Below are positions 25,301-32,000 of a stretch of 32,000 nt of DNA, one piece after another (within the stretch, counting starts at the first letter, position 1; every line of letters begins with the position of its first letter). Under the pieces are notes generated by a model. The model was not told the origin of the DNA, searched no databases, and was given only the letters and a program-made list of their open reading frames with translations. The position numbers and the translations under genes were made by a program. The stretch lies in contig DAHXMM010000022.1 in assembly GCA_027371715.1 (NCBI GenBank), positions 1 to 32,000 on the forward strand, in the 5' to 3' direction. This stretch comes from Elusimicrobiota bacterium. GTDB lineage: Bacteria > Elusimicrobiota > Elusimicrobia > UBA1565 > UBA9628.

Positions 25301-28300
25301 TTCTTGATGAAGAGCCAAGGCTTCCAAGGATGAGTTCTGAAACGCGGTTTGAATGGCCCCGCTTAAATCCGAAACGCTCATCGGCGGCGCCATGGAATGA
25401 GATTTTCCTCCCACCGCCTCATCCATCGCGGCCCAAGCTCCGGCGGAAGCGGCCTGTGATTGAGAATTGACGGTCGCCCGAGCGTTCAAATTCCATAGGT
25501 TGATGGCTTGTCTCAATTCGCTTCTTGAAATTAAACCGTTGCGATAGGCTTTAATAGCGAATTCTAGTTCGCTGCTGGTCTGAGGAAGAGCCGCGGTCAT
25601 TTCCCCCGCCGTCTGTCCCCAGACGTCGGCTTCACGGCGTTCATTGCTTGCCAACAGACGGTATTGGGAATGGATGTCCTCCATTTCCTTGATATCGGCC
25701 TGGCTTTTGAGCAAATAACTCTTGTTTTTATCTTTTGAGGATGGGTCATAAAAAGGAAGCCTTAAGGTTCCGCCCATGCCGAAAATCTGCCCTGCCATCA
25801 AGTCCTGGATTTGAGTTCCGATTCCGAAGGTAAATTGATCGACAAAGGGAATCCAATCCATGATGTTGAAGCGGTCTTCGCCAATACGATCTTTTAGAGA
25901 TTTTTTATCCAAGGACCCAAGAATCTTTTTGAGGCGGTCGGGAGCGGCCACGAGGGAATGAATCTCCTTGACTAAGTTTTGAACGTCGGCGAGATTTAAG
26001 TCGTCAAACGGAGTCGGAGAAGACGGGTTTTTCCCGGCCATGATATTGTAGCGGACCCGCGCCTCGCTTAATTTCTCAGATGCCTCCGCCATCTGCGCCT
26101 GGGCCTTTCCCTTTTCAATGACGGAAGAAGCGTTTTGGAGCAAAAACGCCGCGCGCTGAACGGCAACCCGCGCCTTGACGATTTGAAGAGCGCTCTCTTC
26201 CCAGTCCTTGGTCAATTGAACCAAGCGAGACTGAAGCAAAAGACCGTTTTTATAAAGAGAAACGACTTTATTGTCTAAAAGCCCCTTTTGCGTCTTGGTC
26301 AAAGTCACCATAGTCTCGGTCCCGCTCATGAAACCTCCGGTGGCGGCCAGTTCCGCCGGGTCGTTGGAAACGGGGCCCGAGACAAAGCCGGCGTCTCCCA
26401 CCACCTTGACGTTGTCTAAAATCGCGCCCGCCGAACGCAAGTCCTTGATGTCGTGGTCCAAGGTTCCGATTTTCTGTTCAATGAGCCTTCTACCCACATC
26501 CTTGGCGAAAACCGCTTTAAGCTCGTTGAGATCTTTTTGGCCTTTTTGGGGTTTAAGAAAAGCCCCCATGCGCTTTTGATAGCCCTTGAGCGCTTTCCCA
26601 CCGTTTAAATCATCCGCGGCGCTGCGGGTCACTTCATTCCATAATTGAGAAAGACTGGCCGAGGTATTAAACATCAAGGACAAGCGGTTGTTATAGCCGA
26701 CAAACGGAGAACCGTATCCAACCGACACCTGCGTTCGGTTGGTCAGTTGCTTGCCGATCTGCGCATAATAAGCGTCGGCGGGCCCCAGCATTTGCCCCGT
26801 CGCGCTAAAAACAATTCCATTTTGGGGAAGCTGCACCGACAACTGATCAATGGCGATGTTATACTGCTGTCCCAACTCCCCGGTCGCGGTGTTGGAGATT
26901 CGAACCAAATCCACCGGCCTTCCCGAACTGTCCTGACCGCGAATCGTAAATCCCTTTAAAATCGTCGTGCCCAGGGTTTGCTGCGTAATATCGTAAGTAC
27001 CGGCGTAATTGGCGTAATAAAGGTCAACGGTAAACGGATTACTATCATCCTTAGAAACGACTCCCGATTGTTTAAGAAGAGAAGCCACGTCGAATGTCGG
27101 CCCGATTTTGGTCTCATAAAAATTCGCGCTTTTTCCGTGCGCGGCGATATCGAAGGTTTGGTTCAGACTCGGGTCAAGGCCCGTGAAGTCGAGATTGGCG
27201 GTCTCAAAAAATTGCCGCGGATCTTTCGCGAACAAAGCCTGCTGGTCGGCGTTTAAGCTCATGACCGGAGTCAATTGAATGGAGGTTTTGGCGTTTCCTC
27301 CGTAATAGTACGGTTGATTGGCGGAATTTTGCGCCGCCGCATCTCCAAAGCCCGTCAAACCGACGTAAAGTTTTCCATTCATTAAAAGCATCGCGTAATC
27401 ATTAAAGAGAAGAAGGCGGCTTTCATTGGCTTGGGACGCAAACGACATATTCGGGGGAACGTCCAGAATGTCGTGATGGATAATCGCCTCGAAATAATTG
27501 ACGTTATTTTTGCGCAAAGTCTCGACTTGAACGCCGACGCCCTTGTCTCCCCAAGGCGCGTTCGAGGCCCCGCCGGTTTCCGGCGGGGAATAGGTGTCGT
27601 AAGCCATGACGCTTAAATTACTTCCCATCACATGGGCGACGTTACCCAAGGTCACTTGATTGGTCGAACTCAAGCCGTAAGGAACTCCAAATCCTGTTTG
27701 ATAAACCAGATAAAAACCGTCCGCGGAATCCCCCAAATTCATGACCTGCGCTCCGGGGATGAGTTGTGCGATGTTTTGGGGATTGGCGAGAATGCTTTGC
27801 CCCAAGGCCCCGATGTCGGCCGAGGAGGCATTGGCTCCGCCGGACAAACTTGAAAGGATGTTGTTGACAAAATCGGGAAAATTCGATTTTTTAATCACCA
27901 AAGCCGAAGCCCCGGAGGATGAATTGAGTCCCATGCCCCAGCCGGAATCGCTCAGATGAAGGGAATCAAATTCCTGCTTAATCTGATTGGGAACGCGCGC
28001 CCATTCTTCATCCGTTAAACTTAAGCGCAAGTTGATGAGCTCTTTTTGTTTATCCCCGATTAAATCCATATCCGCTCTCAAAATGCGGTCGGCGCGGGAT
28101 AGATTCTCTTTGAGCAAGGTCCACTTATGATTGGCCTCAAGAACCTTGCGGGTGTCATCCTGAATCTGGGAAATCGCATGCGAGGTTTGGTGTAGCGCGC
28201 TGTCGTAAGGGCTATTGAGTTGTCCCATCCATGACAAAAGTTCGGATTTCGTGCTATTCAAACTGCTCATCGTGTTTTGAAGCGCCGTCATCATCGAATT

Positions 28301-31300
28301 CATCGCCGTCAAATCGCCCTGATCAACGGTGACCCCCGAGCCGTAAACCTGATTAGCCATGGCCTGATAATAGGTGGCGAGGAGGTTTACCGTCCCTAAA
28401 GACCCGGGATCGTATTGACTAATCTTGATATTGTAAAAATTGATTCCCTCTTGGAGAACGGACTGCAAAGAATTGAGCATCGCGATTTGATTGGCGTAAA
28501 CCGTCGCGGTTGGGGGGCTATTGCCACCTGAGTTGATGTAAGCCTCGTCCTGCTTTAATTGCGCTTGAGCGCTGTTTAAAGCGGCGGTTGCATCATTTAA
28601 GAATTTTTCAGCTTGGGGAATCTCGGTCGCGAGTTCCTGCTGGGAGCTCTGAACCGTCGAAAAGGAATAGAGAAAGCGCGCGATTGAGAAAGAAATCGAA
28701 GGAGAATTGGCGCTGCTTCCGGATGACGGCGCCAAGATTTTGGCCGCGTCCAAGGCCAAAAGGGCCAACTGTTGAGCGTTAGAAACGGTCGGAGACGGCT
28801 GATGACCGGTTTGAACGGCGAGACCGCCCCCGCCGCCCACATTAATTGAAGACGCTGAGCCCGCTTGGGCCGCGATATTTTTCAGCTCGGAAGCCAAACC
28901 GGTTAAATTCCCGTTGTTAGTCACGGAGAGAGAATAAATCTGATTATAGCCCGCTTGACTCGCCGCGACATTGGTCGGCAATTGATAGGACGAAAGATTG
29001 TATTTCCCGCCCGACAAGGTTTGGATTTTCGTTAGGATTTGGTTAAGTTGCGCATCTTGATCGTTGATTTCCTTGACGCGCTGATCCATTTCAGTCGTGT
29101 AAAGGGTAATTTTTTTCGGGAGGCTGTATGGCCCGCCGCCGGGATAATTACTGTCCTTCAAATAATCTACGGTCTCATTCCCATTAAAATTCGGGTCTTT
29201 TCTCTCGTTGACCTGAGTCAGATTCGTTGAAACCGTCTGTTGAAGATTGGTGAAATTGGTCTGCCAAGATTGCAAACTCGACAAACTGCTGGCGGTGTTT
29301 CCGGAACTGCCGCCTAAAGAGATCAGCCCCCAAGGAATGGTTTTATCGTTGAGTTGTTGAGTTTGGGTAATCAGAGAATTTTCCGCGCTAAAAAGCTCTT
29401 GATAAGCTCCATTGGAAGACACCTGCTGAATGGAAGACTCTTGATAGGGAATGAGCGTGTTTTCCAAGGCGTTTTGAATGTTGTTCAGAGGCGAGATAAT
29501 GTCGTTTTGAAGCAAATTTTCCTTGCGGTTAATAAGCGCCTGCACCGCGTTGGTCGGGGGATTGGCATTGGCATTGGGATATTGGGCCACGAAAGCCTGA
29601 TCGGCCCCAACATCGTTGATGATATTTTGCACCATGTTGACGGCCTGCTTCATGGCGGTCTGGGCTTGGGGAACGGTACCTCGAAGCGCGCTTTGAATGG
29701 TCGTCACGGTCGTCTGGGCCTCGCTTCCTTGAATGACCAGCCAAGCCGCCTGCGGCAAGAGAGAAGCGATTTTCACCAAATCCAGGGAAGCCTGAAAAGC
29801 CTGGGGTGTTCCGTTATTGGGTATCTGTGCGTTTTGAAGAGCCGTTCCATAATTTTGAACCGCGGTTTGGAGTTGGGTCAGAGTCAAACCCGAAAGCCGG
29901 GGCAAGCTCGGCCCTCCAGCCTGACTGATTTGGTTGGCCATTTGATCCATTTGAGAGGTAATGGAGTTAATGGATGATTGCGCTTGGCTCAAGGTTTGGC
30001 TCGCTTGGGCTTCCCAAACCGGCAAAGACTGAGGATAAGAACGCCCAAATTCATCGGTCACCATCGTCTGATTATTGGGGTCTAACATCGCCGCGACCGA
30101 GTTAAGGTCCTTTTGAAAAGTATTGAGTTGCCCTTCCCAGTAAGACTTTCGCGCGCTTAAAATTTCGCTAAAGCTCATCGAGTTGGAAATGCCCGGGCCG
30201 CCCGGAACGTCTTTAATAATGACTGGCCAGGCTTGAGTAGGCGCCGTCTTAATTTCGCTGAGGCCATTCTGCGCTGATTGAAGATTGGTCTGGACCTCGG
30301 TCAAGATATTTTTAAATTCCTTGAGCGAAAATGCCGAGGGATTGTTGGGATTTCCGTTCGTACGCCATTGAGACACCTGTCCCAGTTCCTGCAAACGCAG
30401 TTGAAACTTCGCCTCCAAAGCCTGCGCCTCGGAATCAAAACTTCCGCTCGTAACTCCTTCATGAGAGGCAATGGTCGCCATAACCGAGGGAAGCGCGCCT
30501 TTGACGGAAGTGAAAACTTGGACCGCGGAAGAAGCTTCGCTAAAATCGGAAGAGAGTTGATTTTGTTGGGTTTGATCGGCCTGGGTCTGCTGAGTCGCTT
30601 CCTGCTGCCATTGCGGAAGATTAGACTGCGCCTGTTGAGCTGCCGCTTGGTTTTGTTGCGACAAGGTCTGGGACTGGTCTATTTTCTGGATGTTGGTATT
30701 CAAAAGACCTTCCATCCCGCTGATCGCGTTTTCCGCCGCGTTAATTTCGCGAAGGCCTAGAGCGAAATCCATGACCGCCGAAACCTGGGAAAGGCCTTGA
30801 ATAAAATTCATCATATCCTGCCCGTTCCGGCGATTATTCAGAGCGCTCTCCCGCGCCTTGGAAACGACTTCAAGCACTTTTCCAGTCGCGTCCCGCATTT
30901 TCATCTGGGCCGCGGCATTGGTTCTGAGAGTTCTAATCTCCTTCACCAAGTTTTCGATTTTATGATCCACCTTCAAATCTTCGGGGGAAAGGGGACGTTC
31001 GCTCGGGACGTTTCTCCCCACCTTGCGGTCCAGATTGCTCAATACGGACTTGATCATTCCAGGACGAATTTCCTGATCCTCGGCATAACCGATGCGATTC
31101 TCCGGGCCTCTGCGTTTTTTTGCATCCATCGAAGACAGATCTTTCAGTTTTTGCTTCAATTCGTGAAGATGTTGGTCTGAATTTGAGGCAGGACGGCTTA
31201 AATCATGGTTTTCTGAAAGCTTTGAACGGACATAACGCTCGTTTTGAGCCTGTCGTAATTTGGCCAACCGCGCTCGATAGGCCTTGATTTCACCCGGGGT

Positions 31301-31963
31301 CAAAGGCCGGTTTTGAGTTTTGAGCGCCGCCTCGTCTTTATGAACCGAGGCCAAATCTTTTTGAAGCTTCAGTTCTTGCGCGCGCGCGGCTTTCATCTCG
31401 TCCTTAAAATTTCCCGCCGATTTCTCAAGTTCTTTAAGGCGAGCGTCTATTTCCTTGGGAGTTTTTTTGTAAAGCTCGGAGTCAAACGGAATCGGCTTAC
31501 TGGGAGCGGAAGCCGCCGCTACCACGCCCGCGGCCGCAGCGCCGGCGGTACGGGAGTTGAGAGTGTGCATGACCGCGTCCGACAAGTTAAATCCCAAGGC
31601 CGATTCAACTTTGTAGAGAAGGACATTCCCCCAGGTAATCGCTCCACCAAAAGGAATCACGCTTTGACCTTTAGGGGCTTCAAACGCCGAGAAAAGGCCG
31701 TGAAAGCCGTGAAAGTCGTGCCCCGTAACCGCATGCCAAGAAGGAGTCAGGCTTGTATCAATCTGGGCTCCGTAGGAAAGAATTCCTTGAATCTCGGAAC
31801 CGACGGTCAAAAGCCCCAGGAAAAACTTAAGGTCCTGCCAAATGAAGAATTTCCAAAACTCGCGCGCGAAAACGGCCGAGGCCATGGCCTGGGTCCAACT
31901 TACGGAATCTTCGGGATGTTCGGCTTCAAGACGCCGGCGATGCCAATCCACCGACTGGGGCAA
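19325..31963 (-). CDS. giant multi-domain envelope/surface protein (at least 4212 aa), cysteine-free, with embedded TolC-like module and C-terminal membrane anchor; 5' end probably outside window
   Basis: Single uninterrupted 12.6-kb frame. The tracked start is a TTG, but the same frame stays open for 12 more sense codons (ILNTFILSTIFT) to the window edge. Composition and segment motifs are described in the findings. The antisense ORFs inside it look like shadow ORFs. Confidence 0.85.
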   Translation of the reverse strand: MPQSVDWHRRRLEAEHPEDSVSWTQAMASAVFAREFWKFFIWQDLKFFLGLLTVGSEIQGILSYGAQIDTSLTPSWHAVTGHDFHGFHGLFSAFEAPKGQSVIPFGGAITWGNVLLYKVESALGFNLSDAVMHTLNSRTAGAAAAGVVAAASAPSKPIPFDSELYKKTPKEIDARLKELEKSAGNFKDEMKAARAQELKLQKDLASVHKDEAALKTQNRPLTPGEIKAYRARLAKLRQAQNERYVRSKLSENHDLSRPASNSDQHLHELKQKLKDLSSMDAKKRRGPENRIGYAEDQEIRPGMIKSVLSNLDRKVGRNVPSERPLSPEDLKVDHKIENLVKEIRTLRTNAAAQMKMRDATGKVLEVVSKARESALNNRRNGQDMMNFIQGLSQVSAVMDFALGLREINAAENAISGMEGLLNTNIQKIDQSQTLSQQNQAAAQQAQSNLPQWQQEATQQTQADQTQQNQLSSDFSEASSAVQVFTSVKGALPSVMATIASHEGVTSGSFDSEAQALEAKFQLRLQELGQVSQWRTNGNPNNPSAFSLKEFKNILTEVQTNLQSAQNGLSEIKTAPTQAWPVIIKDVPGGPGISNSMSFSEILSARKSYWEGQLNTFQKDLNSVAAMLDPNNQTMVTDEFGRSYPQSLPVWEAQASQTLSQAQSSINSITSQMDQMANQISQAGGPSLPRLSGLTLTQLQTAVQNYGTALQNAQIPNNGTPQAFQASLDLVKIASLLPQAAWLVIQGSEAQTTVTTIQSALRGTVPQAQTAMKQAVNMVQNIINDVGADQAFVAQYPNANANPPTNAVQALINRKENLLQNDIISPLNNIQNALENTLIPYQESSIQQVSSNGAYQELFSAENSLITQTQQLNDKTIPWGLISLGGSSGNTASSLSSLQSWQTNFTNLQQTVSTNLTQVNERKDPNFNGNETVDYLKDSNYPGGGPYSLPKKITLYTTEMDQRVKEINDQDAQLNQILTKIQTLSGGKYNLSSYQLPTNVAASQAGYNQIYSLSVTNNGNLTGLASELKNIAAQAGSASSINVGGGGGLAVQTGHQPSPTVSNAQQLALLALDAAKILAPSSGSSANSPSISFSIARFLYSFSTVQSSQQELATEIPQAEKFLNDATAALNSAQAQLKQDEAYINSGGNSPPTATVYANQIAMLNSLQSVLQEGINFYNIKISQYDPGSLGTVNLLATYYQAMANQVYGSGVTVDQGDLTAMNSMMTALQNTMSSLNSTKSELLSWMGQLNSPYDSALHQTSHAISQIQDDTRKVLEANHKWTLLKENLSRADRILRADMDLIGDKQKELINLRLSLTDEEWARVPNQIKQEFDSLHLSDSGWGMGLNSSSGASALVIKKSNFPDFVNNILSSLSGGANASSADIGALGQSILANPQNIAQLIPGAQVMNLGDSADGFYLVYQTGFGVPYGLSSTNQVTLGNVAHVMGSNLSVMAYDTYSPPETGGASNAPWGDKGVGVQVETLRKNNVNYFEAIIHHDILDVPPNMSFASQANESRLLLFNDYAMLLMNGKLYVGLTGFGDAAAQNSANQPYYYGGNAKTSIQLTPVMSLNADQQALFAKDPRQFFETANLDFTGLDPSLNQTFDIAAHGKSANFYETKIGPTFDVASLLKQSGVVSKDDSNPFTVDLYYANYAGTYDITQQTLGTTILKGFTIRGQDSSGRPVDLVRISNTATGELGQQYNIAIDQLSVQLPQNGIVFSATGQMLGPADAYYAQIGKQLTNRTQVSVGYGSPFVGYNNRLSLMFNTSASLSQLWNEVTRSAADDLNGGKALKGYQKRMGAFLKPQKGQKDLNELKAVFAKDVGRRLIEQKIGTLDHDIKDLRSAGAILDNVKVVGDAGFVSGPVSNDPAELAATGGFMSGTETMVTLTKTQKGLLDNKVVSLYKNGLLLQSRLVQLTKDWEESALQIVKARVAVQRAAFLLQNASSVIEKGKAQAQMAEASEKLSEARVRYNIMAGKNPSSPTPFDDLNLADVQNLVKEIHSLVAAPDRLKKILGSLDKKSLKDRIGEDRFNIMDWIPFVDQFTFGIGTQIQDLMAGQIFGMGGTLRLPFYDPSSKDKNKSYLLKSQADIKEMEDIHSQYRLLASNERREADVWGQTAGEMTAALPQTSSELEFAIKAYRNGLISRSELRQAINLWNLNARATVNSQSQAASAGAWAAMDEAVGGKSHSMAPPMSVSDLSGAIQTAFQNSSLEALALHQEEFEALAKADNHVTQKFWINLMIGVDLTATGTGFLPSFGFTGFPILPIPGARFQPEELKELQVKADKGQSAYYGALESKLKVETALQMYQDIVEAKAAQSAIAQIDQQALPALQRELSRAESSGDRAKVSQIKKEIFNAKLSRAQMVLTNDEAHSALNVLMGRPADSVLSIDISPEKAYQQLQETLKEQNLVAAQKTIFQARVQVAKAYQKMVDKNLKVQDVSADPISLTARTIGRLISALSEEDSGRADKVMAARLRLLTEERQQDSFDSHLANLRARDQVRLQMLDSEIQSLSAKGDPFSLAKVEELKGQKAVIQASLLSLGVDSGSSAHSVSMPDSFAALRRRLIDGEEKVARVPRLDSLPPIPAPGFDKAPAEMFMRYFYARQTLDETPINRGFLEPWIELRLKSKGTPEPDLIALAKLSEDKADRLDQIARERAAALADAELAAFAENVRFLKWVQSHQSKETGVDWTGMIDSVRQKTFSQAEEIWALLGLSKAQGQTAEDRLRLLSKLVPEASGAEFSGGEPRLVQEIASPEGKARIAKILGLDALGPSHDKDVFMDQIRADVLSEHMSYQGITPIAAFGIFRGTPVFGGFLEAPDPQEIERGLTNILSDSIREQLKAQGQFEKLEMVLYTQMTRVSGGMKEVQADSRLLAAAIDDLKQKDWTAAHESGSLKAHQDVLDARKNLIQAQEKLIVQSADLKSNFVSLVAELKALGKESQSSDTALSLKNLSLGKQRASGDLNLPKNPSERGLLGYWADRMEDPNFIIRQDRYLHGLGISQQLIDSVDSVARLYRTAIRDSKDVTAEDFSSEERLRLLAQNDARGKRNLLIFSLAALKTEIENKDPQLGFLRRDLERELGSSEQKRTEYSQAALELRNAYWNAVAVSPRAEAAFKSLEADHQQLDLSKAALIDSYFASPLKNDDFILKDGLLDDYLKAQQIFDEDLIRTLDLKEVQGNAELIRTLDALYDVHKSLDRQIDSKESGRGILALDALIMLEKSRLFAERWEGRSEQSINAVALKISELENKRADWLKHGSKLYPLYAQTRVDKDGRRLWAVEGWLTQEELAKRASPAYKGDDQIVDVGGRYFLKSNMKVEFVRGADAFERQKLEANSGVKDDSRVINLAERLSQYDFASEDGQKGYSVQELFGAQGLLSNGKVLFFEAFNSKNPGLLHYRLPALAAWARSPDQYEIYVYTGKTALPSDKFQTLESLKASSVKGDFSRVYLSKKGAGDLMDFFETRRQAELRAGYAELKLAGYGFARNEKGEVSDVYLSRDDFDAAKKAFSDADGGIKEAQIRLIKAAKDLGESDKKEKEAQKIMLEAVRAENEVERSIKEKVLERYPRKNKELAANYAQRIGEETKKELSSNGQYKDAQKRVSFLSKKLDTARDNLKLQKAVFTDAKKQVKEANTIKERSKTWSLYRSRDLILGLDSRGTVLHAQASPVYGRSVLNDRLSPQRADVYVRGPIYAAVMDSEGRLRQYYTSSSGMDQAAKSWTLKSKTIDGKKNIFNAKAKTLNPGLRVSHYEVWVGREGQTQGQIQEEITKVSAAVKKDMPSKQGESPEDYAKRIALEIKARLSKEGIDELPVLLNQRYLEKSAQNVSSHLPFKKYWGVMPWRWGSLIMEVPREIVGFPVEWAGRDPRFQHYLGRVAMYKTEGGETEHHGFFRNIAGALDVLNFLPDPVTPYYDLSQFPSDLRVGRSTLMPGDSEASLSGRYKDANVHFGALFLERLLRYYQEDINAARLRTLAHFNGGVSEFVINEMQGRRKTYEESKKEGSVGEEALAKALSDKEVGLSPRADGSGKIVLSGNPEDIWVNRAQKTVHIEAGAQEYQSDSKEVHGYVNQTEKELPLRKKDLASLKKKQLEIERMRKETAAQDSSVKAAADRLHEDVYGREIRVLSQQEVESRLKSDRARDAALTRQVSWWRRYIRRLEKLEPALQVSFIPHAAISLKDKILSYAAKIMLFLGSAAGVLGTLFKKKKRRKNVL

Positions 31964-32000
31964 GGTAAAAATGGTCGAGAGAATAAAAGTATTTAATATG

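Noticed and set aside
19700-31996. Numerous plus-strand ORFs of 60-227 aa inside the giant gene (for example 29354..29977, 31313..31996, 24869..25333, 21971..22441, 30278..30760).
   Set aside because: All lie antisense to one uninterrupted 12.6-kb frame. Their translations are Arg/Gly/Leu/Ser/Phe-rich low-complexity strings with no motifs and no SD sites. They are classic shadow ORFs.
1-32000. CRISPR arrays, IS elements/transposases, integrases, prophage genes and rRNA.
   Set aside because: Reading the intergenic regions and ORF translations, I saw no regularly spaced direct repeats, no terminal inverted repeats flanking a transposase-like ORF, no tyrosine or serine recombinase motifs, and no rRNA-like sequence.

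Overview
Bacterial chromosomal window with compact, mostly Shine-Dalgarno-led genes. I found no rRNA, CRISPR array, IS element or integrase. Left third: fabG and the start of acpP (minus strand); a CbiX-like / DCC-LMF fusion / SDR cluster; and a CusCBA-type Cu/Ag efflux operon. That operon is preceded by a small Cys-rich exported ORF, and its cusB-cusA spacer holds hairpins plus an antisense tRNA-like gene. Middle: a type II restriction-modification pair (permuted SPPF methyltransferase plus PD-ExK nuclease) and a secreted M3 metallopeptidase. Right 17 kb: one tightly packed minus-strand gene chain. Its first member is a giant ORF of at least 4212 aa with no cysteine, and its reading frame is still open at the window edge. 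The giant protein is a mosaic: hydrophobic N-terminus, charged coiled coil, a ~950-aa Q/N/S/T-rich low-charge region, a beta-rich aromatic/Gly region, an embedded TolC-like module, long helical regions, a possible lysozyme/SLT-like motif, and a C-terminal TM helix with a polybasic tail. Downstream in the chain are a secreted Pro/Ser-rich protein with the same kind of C-terminal anchor, a lipoprotein, a NifS/IscS-type cysteine desulfurase, MnmA and a pseudopilin-like lipoprotein. The giant gene and its exported partners are the best candidate here for an undescribed envelope or surface system. All functional calls rest on motif recognition by eye; no database search was possible.
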